A DNA stretch of 64,000 bases from Lama glama (Eukaryota). Both the position numbers and the translations under genes were made by a program. Where the stretch lies: positions 15,998,001 through 16,062,000 of the forward strand of contig CM052818.1 of assembly GCA_028534125.1 (NCBI GenBank). The letters are read 5' to 3'. The notes beneath the pieces were generated by a model. It saw nothing but the letters and a program-made list of their open reading frames with translations, did no database searches and was not told where the DNA came from. Shown here piece by piece: positions 52,278-64,000 of the stretch (position 1 is its first letter; each line of letters begins with the position of its first letter).

Positions 52278-52968
52278 TGATAGCAGGGAAAATATAGTTA
52301 AAAACAAAATCTTCTGTCACCCCAGGAAACCTCTCCATAAAGGCAGATAAGAAAGAAAACAGCTTTATAATTAAATAAGCATTAAATCAGCTTGTGATGT
52401 ATATATCACAGTCAATCTGCTAAAGAGACTGCAAAGACAAAAGCCTCACCCTTTTATAGCTAAACAGCTACAACCCATTACCTACATGTTCTCAAGAGAA
52501 GCAATAACTAGTCTTCAAGTAAAAGAACTTGACAGCAATATTTGTGACACATAGCTCATTCTAAATTCACTTGATAATTGGAGTGATCATCTATGTTAGT
52601 TAATTGGCTCTATCAAAAGGAAAAATGAACTTCTCACATTGTTATGACAGGAGATCATTTTGCAACTTGGGGTAAGAGACCCACTGAAGTTAGGCTTCTA
52701 CTCACTTACAGAAATTGGCATATACAGGCACTATCCTTCTCTGAGATGACATTTCAAAGAAGTGGTTCCCAAGTTCTTGAGAAAGACATTCCTGCGTATT
52801 AAAGCTGGCAAGAGGTTTAGTTTACTTTTTTCAAAAGATTTACATGCATTTCACAAGACAGAGAGAAAGTATGTAAGAAAGAGTGAAACGGTTTCCTGCA
52901 GTGGAGGTAGGGGTCATTGGGGTAGGTTGGAGAGTATTTTTAAGGTCAAAAGAATATCTGGATATACG
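52278..52968 (-). mobile_element. ERV1 LTR, MER67-like
   Basis: aaaacaaaatcttctg...ggaaacctctcca...; antisense TATA (cttttatag); gtggttcccaagttcttgagaaagacattcctg. Confidence 0.7.
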
Positions 52969-55900
52969 AAAGAAGAAGCAAAAGTAAATAATACATTACA
53001 GTGAATATATGCAAAGATTGAACTACGGTAGCCAGTAACCATGATGAAGAAGTGTCACCCAAACAATCTTCTGAAATGTTCCTTTGTGAGGAACAGAAAT
53101 GCATAGGCTAGAGAGAAGGAGATAATTATGAGGTTCTTTGTCATCTGGAAATAACTTAAATCACATTAAAGTTGAATACCACATCAATCCTGAAGTCCAT
53201 GGAAATTTACTTTAAATTGCCAAGGAATCAGGTATCTTTGAATGTTCAAAACAATAGGATTCACTATTTCATTCTATACATTCCAAGGTCAATGTGGTAG
53301 TGCATGTCATTCAATAAGCGTATTATTATGTAACACTTCCATTTACAGTTGTTTTGTAAAAAAAATACTCAAACTGGAACATTAATAGTCTTTGAAAAAC
53401 AACTACTTGCTTGTTACATGTTCCTACTTGTGTTTCTATTTCTCTTCAGAAATGTCATTCCTTAGGTATATGAAAATGGAAATACAAATGAGATGTGGGC
53501 TGATAGATTTTGGAGAACTTTTGGATGATGCCAGTCAAACGTTTAAACAAATGAATATCCTAATGTATGATGATATCCTGTAGAAACCAGATCATGTTAA
53601 TAAGTGAAAGTATAATGAAACATTTTTTCCTTTTAATTTCAGTTGGCAGTTTGAAAGGTACAGTTTTTTTTGTTGTTGCTTTTGAAGTCCTTAAAAATAT
53701 ATAATGCTGATGAAAATATGAAATTCAGAAATGTCACCAAGACATTCTACATCCATTATATAGAATGAATTCTACAGATGCTGAACAAAACTGCGCAACC
53801 AAGACAGATCAAGAAAGAGCATGAACACATATTAAACACTGCAGATTAATGATCTACATTTACTTACTTATTTTCAGTTCAGAATGGCCAAAGGAAGGAA
53901 TTTTCAGCTTGTACAGAATTAGGGTTAAAATTAACTCTTCTTATTGTCCCCTGATGGATAATACATTTTTTATTAAAATAGTAATTTAAATAGGTTATTG
54001 ATGACAATTAGCTATAGGGTGGTTTTAAACATTAGGAAGTAGAAGAAATGAGTCCATTCTCAAAACCATAAAATCAAACAGATATAACTGCTAAAAGGAA
54101 AAACACTTGCTAGTAATTATTGAGTCATTTTTTAAATTAGTCCAAAACAAATTCTTTAATCACTGGTATGTAAGTTCTAAACATTTAATATTTTTAATAA
54201 AGAGATATATGGCAAAGTCAAAGATAGGCAATGCAGCAATACAAAATTAAAATGAGAAATGACTCAAAGGAATAAAATAATGTAAAAAGAACAGAAGATT
54301 AAATAGTATAACATTTTCTTAGTGTGCTGTTTTAAACCAAGCACAGTGCTAATCTTAAAAAAAAAAAGTATCAAATCCATCTTCTCCAGAGTAGAATGAT
54401 AAAGCAGATCAAGAAATGTTTGTAAAGATAATACTGGCCTTGAAAAGACTAGAGGAGTGCTCAAGGGGGATTTCTCACATTCTGACACTAATCAGTATGC
54501 AAATGGCTAAACTAGCTAAGAATGGGGACTTTCACATACAAAGAATGAAATGTCTCTATGTAGAAATGTGTAAATGAGCAAAAAAGATGGCTTTAGGAGA
54601 TGAACCAATGAAATCCCAAACAACCTTATTCTTAGTGAGAAAAACAGACATATGTTGCCCTTTCATGCCCTGAATTATGATTCCATGGAAACTTTTAAAT
54701 GTTCTCTAAGTCCAAAAATATTTGAAAGGCAGTTTATAAATGCTTACCATCTCACTTCAAACATTTCATGCAAAATCCTCAGGATCTGAAACTCCCTTTA
54801 TGTTTTAGGCCTACTTATCTTTGATCACCACAATTTGGGGAAGACTAGTGCTTTTATAAAAATCATTAAATCAGCTCCTGTTCTCTCAGACTCCATGTCA
54901 AATGCTATAATGAGCAAAGGAAAATAAAAAAGACTTTGAGGGATATTTTACACTTCTATTTTAAGATAAGGTAAGATTAACTGTCACCTAGTCTTATATA
55001 AACTTGAGTTAAATAAACACAGATCATTATAAAGTCTGGGTCAACTCTTGTACACTAGGCTCCCCTTTTTATATTTCACATCAAAGATGGATGCACTACA
55101 AACGGCAAAACAAACTCAAGTAAGAAACTGGTTGTATTTCTTTCTAAATTACAAATAAGAATTTATTTGGGAGTGGTGTGCTTTGCTCAATATCTATATT
55201 TCTCAAGCTCCCTTGCAGATAGATGTGGCCTTATAAAACAGCTAACTATATGCCTCACCATCCAGGCACTAATTTTGCCCAATATCTTAAAAAATGGCAA
55301 AGTTTTACTAAGGATAACTTGCAGTTGCAATGCCACTTTGGGGGCTTTGGGGAACTCCCTGATTTAGTCCACTTTTAGGGAGATGTTGAATCCTGGGTGC
55401 CTAGAATATGCTCTAAACAATGGTCTGCTTTCTTTCTTTGGCATGAAGAAGCCAAAAAAATTATCCTCACTATCAGATCTCAGTCAAGGCCTTCAAGAAT
55501 CTTAGTTTATCTTATTGGAAGCTGTGCTACCCCAATTCTTGAGGACCATCTGTTCTCCTCCAAAGCTACTACTCCTTTTAGCCCCAACTCTAAGACAGCC
55601 TTGTCTTCAACATTTTCCACTCCTTTCCTTTCTGTTCCTCCACATTTGTTCCAGTCTCTCCTGCAACCTCATTCTTGTCCACCTTGTGTTTAACCTCTAC
55701 ACCTCCACCCGACTCCAGCTTTGCCAGCTTCTCAATTTCCCATAGTGTCCTATGATCTTAGTCTTGCTCCTTCAATGTTAAGACTTCAAGGACAGTATTG
55801 GGACTCATTTACTTTCTCCCCAGCAAATTATTTTTTAACATTTGTCTCAATCTGACTTGTATGCTACAATGGAGAATTTCCCTGACCATGTAGAAATAGA

Positions 55901-56300
55901 GAAAAAATTCCTGCACATTTGAGGTCAGTCTTCAGGCCATAATCTAGGGACTCTCAGAACTCTACCAATTGGCTCAACTCCTTTTAGGTTCTGGAGACAC
56001 CTAGTTTGAAAAATCTAAATTAGTCAGACTAAATGAAGATTTACAAAGAAATCAAAATACTCCTGAGGCCTATAAACTAAGGACTGAGGAACCTGGAGAA
56101 AAGCTCTTAGACACTCAGAAAATATCTGGCAACATTATTTAGGTCTAACTTTAGATAATCTCATGGAATTTGCTTTGGTTACCAGCTTTATTAATGGACT
56201 CCACATAGAACTGAGAGAGGCTATTCAAAAACGTCACATTAATTGGCAAAATGTTTCTTTCTCTGGAATCCAAGGTTTAAAACAGCACCATAAAAATATA

Positions 56301-58559
56301 TAGGCATGTCTCATTTTATTGTGCTTTGCAGGTACTGTATATTTTACAAATTGAAGGTCTGTTGCAATGCTGCTTCAAAAAAGTTTATTGATGCCATTTT
56401 CCAGCAGCATTTGCTCACTTTGTGTTTCTATGTCACATTTTGGTAATTCTTGTGACATTTCAACATTTTTGAATGTTATATTGTTGTGGTGATCTGTAAT
56501 CAGTGATCTTTGATGTTACCACTGTAATTGTTTTGCAATGCCAGGAACCATGCCCATACAAGGCAGAGAACTATATCCATAAATGCTGTGCATGTTATGA
56601 CTGCTCCACTGACCCGCTGTTCCCCTCTCCCCCTCTCCTTGGGTCTCTCTATTCCCTGAGACTCAACAGTATTGAAATTAGTTAATGACCCCAAAATGGC
56701 CTCTAAGTAATTAAGTGAAAGGGAGAGTCGCATGTCTCTCACTTTAAAGTAGAAGTGAGGAGGACAAAGGCCAAAATGGGCCAAAAGCTTGACTTTTGTG
56801 CCAAACAGCCAACTTGTGAATGCAAAGGAAAAGTTCTTGAAGGGAATTAAAAATGCTACTCCAATGAACATATGAGTGACAAGAAAGTAAAACAGCCCTG
56901 TTGCTGATATGGAGAAAGTTTTAGTCGTCTGGATAGAAGATCAAACCAGTCACAATATTCCCTTAAGCCAAGATGTTATCTACAGTGAGGCCCTAATTCT
57001 CCTTAATTCTACGAAGGCTGAGTGAGGTGAGGTAGATGGAGAAGAAAATTTTCAAGCCAGCAGAGATTTGTTCATGAGGTTAAGGAAAGAAGCCACTTCC
57101 ATAATATAAAAGTGCAAAATGAAGCAGCAAGTTATCCAGAAGATCTGGCTACAATAATAAACAAAAATGGCTATACCAAACAACAGATTTTCAATGTAGA
57201 AATAACAGCATTCTATTGGAAGAGGATGCCATCTAGGACTTTAAACAGCTAGAGAGAAGTCTATGCCTGTCTTCAGAATTTCAAAGGACAGGCTGACTCT
57301 GGATTGGGGGCTAATGAAGCTAGTGATTTTAAGTTGAAGCTCATTTACATTCCAAAAATCCTAGGACCTTAATAATTCTACTAAATCTACTCTGCTTGTG
57401 CTCTATAAGTGGAACAACAAAGCCTGGATGACAGCACATGTTTACAACATGGTTTCCTGAATATTTTAGCCCACTGTTGAGAACTACTGCTTAGAAAAAA
57501 AATTCTTTCAAAATATTTACTGCTGATTGATACTGCACTTGGTCACTCAGGAGTTCTGAGGAGCTGTGATAGAAATGTAAATGAGAATCATGTTGTTTTC
57601 ATGTCTACTAACAATGTTTTTTTCTGCAGAACATGGATCAAGGAGTAATACTGACTTTTAAGTCTTATTATTCAGGAAATACATTTTGTAAGGCTATGGC
57701 TGCCACAGAGAGTGATTCCTTTGATAGATCTGGTCAAAGTAAATTGAAAATCTTCTTCACCATTCCAGATGTCTAAGAACATTTATGATTGATGGGAAGA
57801 AGCTAAAATAGCAACATTAACAAGAGCTTGGAAAAAGTTGATTCTGGCCCTCATGGATGACTTTGAGGTGTTTAAGACTTCAATGGGAAGTAGCTGCAGA
57901 TATGATAGAAACAGCAAGAGGACCAGAATTATTTCATAATACAATTTTAATGGGTAAGGAGTTGATTCTTACGGAGGAGCAAAAAAGAGGTTTCTTAAGA
58001 TGGAAACCACTTCTGATGAAGATGCTACAAAGACTGTTAAAATGACAACAAAGGATTTGGAATATTACATAGACTTAGTTGATAAAGCAGTGGTTTTGAG
58101 AGGATTGACTCCAATTTTGAAATAAGTTCCACTGTGGGTAAAATGCTATCAAACACTATTACATGCTAGAGAGAAATAGTTTGTGAAAGCAAGAGACAGT
58201 TGATGAGTCAAACTTCACTGTGATCTTATTTTAAGAAACTGCCAGACTTGGGCAACCACCATGCTGATCAGTCAGCAGCCATCAACACTGAGGGAAGACA
58301 CTCCACCACCAAGAAGATTCTGACTTGCCAAAGGCTCAGATGATTGTTAGTATTTTTTAACAATGAAGTATTTTAAATTGAAGTATATACATTGCTTTTT
58401 TTTAGGCATAATTGCACACTAACTAGACTACAATATAGTGTAAACACAAATTGTATATGCAGTGGGAACCAAGAAGTTTGTGTGACTCTCTTGATTGTGA
58501 TATTTGCTTTATTGTAGTAGTGATCTAAAACCCAGCCTTCTATCTCTGAGGTACGCTTC
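56301..58559 (+). mobile_element. Near-full-length Tigger1 (TcMar-Tigger) with disrupted transposase, inserted in ERV gag
   Basis: TIRs taggcatgtctc / gaggtacgcttc; TA TSD at 56299-56300 and 58560-58561; transposase start ATGGCCTCTAAG at 56696 followed by a stop; NAKEKFLK, VVWIEDQTSHNIPLSQ and KAWMT remnants. Confidence 0.95.
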
Positions 58560-61500
58560 TACAGGCTGACAAAGCTACGTGTACACAACACAAACTCATG
58601 ACTCTCTAACTCAAAGAATTTGAAGGAAATCATTCTAAGACCTTAGGGCCACCATCAACTTCACCACAGTATTTGGTAGAGATACCTGTGTCTTTTGCAG
58701 GGGGAAAGGATACTAAAAAATACTCCAAGACAAAAAGACAGTAACTTGAGTCTTAATTATTTCTCTCTGAGAGATCTGCTCTTGTCTGCCCTCCAAATAC
58801 TTTAAACAAGTTAGAAGAAATAATAACTCCAGTCAGTGGGCACCCCACCACCTTTATGGCAGACGCCAGAGTCACTGGCTCCACACTGTCAAGTCACAAT
58901 TTTCTACCATTATCTCTTAGAGTACACAAACAATCTCTGTGGTACAGCGAGATAATTCACCTCATGTTTTATCCCTTTCTAAACACTTTCCTATATCCCT
59001 GAGCCTCATGCTGTCCAACATGGCTTTTTATTAAGTCCCATCATTCAGTTCATCTAATAGGTAGAGACCTGCTTTCTAATTGAAGTGTTAATATTTCATG
59101 TTCACCTGAGGTCCTTACCCTTGAAGCCCAGGATCCCTCCCCCACTCATCCTTGTTCTCTGACAGCTCTAAATGATAACCCCAGTTTTTTATCACCCCTT
59201 TTACAACTACCAAGCCATTAGCAATCTCCACATTCAAGACAATTTACTAACATTCCTGACTTACTTGGGGCTATATGAACAATAGACTTAGGCCACAGCT
59301 GGGAGATAAAGTTCTTAAAGGTGGAGGTAGACCTCATTGTGTCCTCCCTAATACCATCTTCTCTTCCATCCTCTCCCCCAATGCCTCTCATTTTATCATT
59401 GTTGGTTTACCCTTCACTTTCTTCAGCATATCCTTTTGTTCTAGTTACCAGTATGTATTTACTTTTACATGGGAAAATGAATAATGCATTTGGGCTCTAG
59501 GGAGTCACAGAACACCCCACATATTTTTCTTGGACATTAAGTGCAACTATAAAAGATTTGATCTTCCCTTGTAATGAAACCTTCATTCAATATGTAGATG
59601 ACCTCCTTATTCATTCTAAGACATTCAGCAACTCTGTACATGACATCCAATACTTATTAAAAGACTTTTCTCAGAAGGCCATGAGGTCTCAAGTGATAGA
59701 GCCCTGTTGCCCCAAGTCCATTATTTATAGGTCATGATATGAAGGAAAAACTGGATCATATCAAGACCATATTTAGCCTCCTATCTGAACCAACAGACAA
59801 CTTTAAGGCTTTCTGGAACTGACTGACTACTGTAGAATGTGTATTCCTAACTTCTCTGCCAAATCAGCTCCTTTTCATGGCATGACTAAAAATAATTGTT
59901 TCTCAACCTCTAAAATGGGACTCACCTTCTTTAACATCATTTGAGTCCCTAAGATATCCCTTTCTTCTACTCCACTTTGGGCTTTCTGACTACCCTTTGC
60001 CTTTCTTCCTATTTATTCATGAAAGAGAAGGATATGCCTTAGGGGTCCTCTCTCAAAAACATAATGGAAATCCGAAGTCAATAGGATATTTTTATCTTAC
60101 CGGGGATCCTGCATCTCGGGTCTTCCTTCATTGCTTGCTAGCAATAGCGGCAACTGCACAGTTAGTTCAATCCATAGCTGACCTTGTGCTAGGTTATACT
60201 CTGAAGATTTATGTCTCTTAGGCAGTTTGGACCGTCTCCTAACTGACAATACCCAATACTTTTGACCTTTCAGTTTACCTGTTATGAAATTCTTCTGTTT
60301 TCTCCTTCCACATTACTATCCACCCATGTCAAATCCCAACCTTGCCACTTTCCTCTCTCTCCCAACTGAAGGATAACTGCAATGATTATGTTATGGACAC
60401 TCAAGCCTCAATCCTCTCTTATACTGACCTTTTAGAAATCTTCCTTGCAAATCCAGACTTCACCCTCTTTGTTGATAGCTCATATCTGTATATCTCAAGC
60501 AAATGTTCAGGCAGGATATGCCATTACAAATTTTGAAAATCTCAGAGAGTATAAGTCTCTATTTGGTGCAAAGTTAGCTCAGATCACTGAACTTGTGGGT
60601 CTCACAAGAGCTTCTCATCTTTGGCTAAAGATAAGAAATTTAACATCTAAAGGGACATTAGATATGTTCTGTGGGTAGCACATGATTTTCGTATGTTGTG
60701 GAATGCCAGGGGATTTAAGACAACAGCTAGGACATCAATATAAAATGAAAAGTAGTTGTCTGATCTCTTAGAAGCTTTATTATTGACAAAGGAAATAACC
60801 ATACTTAAGACAGAAATTCATATGGGCTATAAAATCCCTGAAGCAAAGGTAAATTTACTGGCTGATAAATATACTAAACTGTCATAAAGCTGTTATACCC
60901 TCACCACATTCAGGTAAGATCCTAAATCTACTCTGATTACATCTGATTCTCCAGCTGAGGTACTTAAAAATTCCTAATTCAAAACCTTTGAACATTGAAA
61001 GGCCAGTTGGAAACAAGCTGAATGTCTGATCTAACAGGCTGAACTTTGGAAACACTCAGCTCCTTAGTCTTTCTTCAGTCCCTTATCTGAAATTTAGTTT
61101 CTAACCTTTATAAAACCACTCACCAAGGAATGGGGAAACTACATCAGTCATCTTCCACCATTGATGGGGAAACTTTACCCCTAGCCAGAACAAGTGGTGG
61201 CTTATTGCCTCATCTCTCAAAAATATGATCCTGATAATGCTGCAAAGGTGGGGCAAAAAAAAAAGGAATCTTGCAAGCAAGATCTTTTCTTCACTGAGAA
61301 TTAGATTTATTCAGCTCCCTAAATCTCATAGAAATTAATACATCCTTATTATCATATCCATGTACTCTCACTGGCTTGAAGTTTTCCCCTGTAAAACGAC
61401 CACCACCATTACTGTTACTAAAAGTTTGATAGAACAAGCATTCCTGGCATGGGGAATTCCACTGGCTCTTTCACCTGACAAAGGGACCCATTTTGTTGGT

Positions 61501-61638
61501 AGTCATCTAAGTAGTACAGTAAGTTCTTCCTTTATCTCCAAATGACACTGCCTTATCATTTCCAGTCATCTGGAATGATAGAGTTAATGGACTATTAAAA
61601 TTAAAACTTGCAAAACTGATGTAAGAACTCAATTTCCT

Positions 61639-61777
61639 GGCTTGAAGCAAGATGGCAGAGTAGAAGGACACTCGTAGCTCACCATCTCCCACAAATACAC
61701 CAAAACTCACATCTATGGACCCAGCCAACCAGAGCACCTGCTGAACTCTGACAGAACATCGCCCTCTTCAGAAGACA
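61639..61777 (+). mobile_element. 139-bp L1 5'-end-only insertion with perfect 16-bp TSD, inside ERV integrase
   Basis: Begins ggcttgaagcaagatggcagag (CAAGATGGC YY1-type L1 start)...ctcaccatctcccacaaatacacc. AAGAACTCAATTTCCT at 61623-61638 and 61778-61793. No poly(A). Confidence 0.8.
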
Positions 61778-64000
61778 AAGAACTCAATTTCCTACAGCTT
61801 AAGCTTTACCTTTAGCCCTCATTGCTCTCTAGGCCTCTCCTTCTGGATCAGAGAAACTCCTCCTATATGAAATAATAACTGAATGACCCAGAATAATTCC
61901 CTATTCTGTCTGGGCTCTCGAAAATTCTATCCTGGTCAATTCAAGCACCCTAAAATACTGCAAGGGACTTATTATATATACACTTATCATCAACAGGATG
62001 AAGCTGTTACTCCTCCAATTCTTCCATCCAAACACCTCTACATTATAGAAAGCAGGAACTTAATTCTCTGGAGCTGACATCATCATTAAAATTAATCCTG
62101 AACCCTGTTGGAAGGATACTCCTTACAGCTAACACTGCTGTCAAACTATAGGGGATCCAAACCTGACTTTGTGCTTCTCAACTGAAAAGGTATAAATGCT
62201 GTTCTGAAAGGAAGTCCACTCCAAATGGAAACCTTAAGTTGAGCCTCTCTCGAGAGTCCCCTGAAACGGACAGAACCATGAGATAGATAGCTTTAAGATA
62301 AGCTGATGACGTAATGAAGTGGTCAGTTTCCACCCAAGATACTAGAACACAGTCTCCTAGGATTCCTTTAACTACTTCTTGTTCTCATTATGTTTATGCT
62401 CTCATTATGGTCCTCCCTGGCTTCGTCCTTCTCTATAACTCCCACATCAACTTTGCTATCCCTGTAACTCTCTACATTGAACCATAACTTTTCATAATAA
62501 GCTTTATATTGTACTATCTCTACCCTCTCTTCTGTCTTGTGACCTATTACCCCTTTAATAATTTCTCCATCCTTATAAGAACCCCCAAATCTATGACATT
62601 CCTTTACTTAATTTATAACACAATCTCACAACTCTACTTTCAATTGCTGGTTATTTATTAGCCTTTGGTTTCCCCTAAATTCCTTTGCCTGTCTCAGATT
62701 TAAGGTCATCCTTTGTGTTATCATTCAGTGGCTCTTTTGTTGAACCTCCTTCAGTTTCAATACTTTTCAAAAACAAGCTTCTATTGTAACATAACCGACA
62801 GCCCTTTCATGGGCCTAAAACTATTTGTGATCAAATATACTTGCCATCAGTACAAATACATACACTGTTACCATGGGAGGCAGGAGTACATGAATGTAAT
62901 AAGAGTTAGATGATCCTAAATATAATTTTACCCGGTATGCTTGGGACCGTTCATTCTGTAAGCAACAACCTGATCACTATCTTCTTCTTAGTTGGATGAG
63001 ACAGTATCTCTAGCAAAAGAGCTTATATGAATTCTAAGATGCAAAGCTGTGGGAAAATTATTTCCCAAACCTGGATAGTCCTTAATAGGGTGTAGTGGTG
63101 ACTAGTGGTATTGCTAATTGAACTGGATCCTGCTAACTATCAAATTTAAATAGTGCTTATCAAATTTTTAACTAACTGCTTTTTTCTCTCATCTTAATCT
63201 TTAATTTTTTCCCATTCCATTATCTTTAATTTTTCCAGGCACTAGATGAGCCCAAAAGTCTACGCAAACATGTTAAAGCTACAAACTCAGGCACATAATA
63301 GCAGTCCTAGAAGGAGGCTGTGACCTTCTTTTTTCCCAGGTTCTTAAGAAACCTTAGAAGAGGAGGTTAAAAGGTTGAGAGTAAACCTAAAAGACTTGAC
63401 AGCAGATCATGAATAAACAACCTTTGTGCCTAAAGCTGTTGTTGTATGGGCCACTTCAGAAATCTGCCAGAACTCTATGATCTTCCTTGCTCTACTCCAG
63501 AAAATATCCATGACTGTGGACAACACTGCCAGAACTTCCAATATCATTGCCAAAGAACTACAGAAATTCAGTCAGTGGTCCTTCACAATCATCTGCACAT
63601 GACTCTGGCTTTCTGAAGAGGCACTTGCACAGTGCTTGGAATAAGACTGCTGTTCATGTTTCTAGAATCCTCTGATGTCATGTCATCACCAAATTATTTA
63701 GGTTGTAAATTGGGAAACTGTCAGATTGCCACTGTTATCCTTGTTCTACTATCTGAATGAAGATGCGTCAGGTCCAACATCTTGAAATCTTCAAGCTACC
63801 TCTAAGCCCCATATCTTAGTTTTACTCACTTGTTTGAACTTTGGTACTTTTTAAAAACAAATTTTATACCTAGATATATATTTTTGTTAAGTGCCTGATC
63901 TCTAAGACCCCCAGGTAGCTGTCAGTCTTACATCAGACTCACGATATAATACAGCTAGTCCTTCAGCGCCAGTAAGAATGTGAAGGGCACCTTACCCCTA

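Larger units (their letters stand above)
55170..64000 (+). mobile_element. Decayed class I (gamma-like) endogenous retrovirus internal region, gag-pro-pol-env, running off the window end
   Basis: Ordered motifs: zinc knuckle CVFCRGKGY at 58687; protease D-x-G remnant at ~58862 and HLIGRDLL at 59051; RT IQYVDDLL (YVDD 59591-59602); RNase H FTLFVDSS (~60460) and AQITELVGLTRA; integrase SHWLEVFPC and SPDKGTHF (61360-61495); env TM VVLHNHL (63575) and a frameshifted CX6CC (63626-63653). All frames are disrupted. Confidence 0.9.

Noticed and set aside
52278..52968. 5' LTR of the downstream ERV
   Set aside because: It appears to be in the opposite orientation and is separated from gag by ~2.2 kb of unrelated sequence.
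53449..53583. Possible terminal exon after the TTTCTCTTCAG acceptor
   Set aside because: No recognisable peptide or supporting upstream exon.
56696..58200. Domesticated Tigger transposase (TIGD1-like) gene
   Set aside because: Stop at the fifth codon, plus many frameshifts and deletions.
62300..63900. Domesticated env (syncytin-like) gene
   Set aside because: No long ORF, and the TM motifs are frameshifted and degenerate.
1..64000. CRISPR arrays, operons, rRNA genes, CpG island
   Set aside because: None seen; the sequence is CpG-depleted mammalian repeat-rich DNA with no regularly spaced repeat-spacer structure.

Overview
AT-rich mammalian genomic DNA, probably camelid: two tRNA-derived SINEs resemble Vic-1 and a Tigger1-derived MITE resembles the artiodactyl type. 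I found no recognisable intact protein-coding gene. The window is mostly interspersed repeats: two 5'-truncated young L1 copies (1521-4265, 24434-27410), older L1M/L2/MIR remnants, about a dozen ERV1/ERVL/MaLR LTRs, hAT and Tigger DNA transposons, and a decayed class I endogenous retrovirus (gag-pro-pol-env, ~55170 to the window end) interrupted by a near-full-length Tigger1. Notable observations: two independently inserted L1s share inactivating mutations in a patchwork of near-identical and divergent blocks; two tailless L1 insertions have target-site duplications (TSDs); two same-family solo LTRs form an inverted head-to-head pair; there is an unexplained ~105-bp inverted duplication, an AP-1/NRF2 motif cluster, and two candidate orphan exons. 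I do not see a convincing new biological system. Family names are from recognition by eye, not database searches, and boundaries of old elements are approximate.
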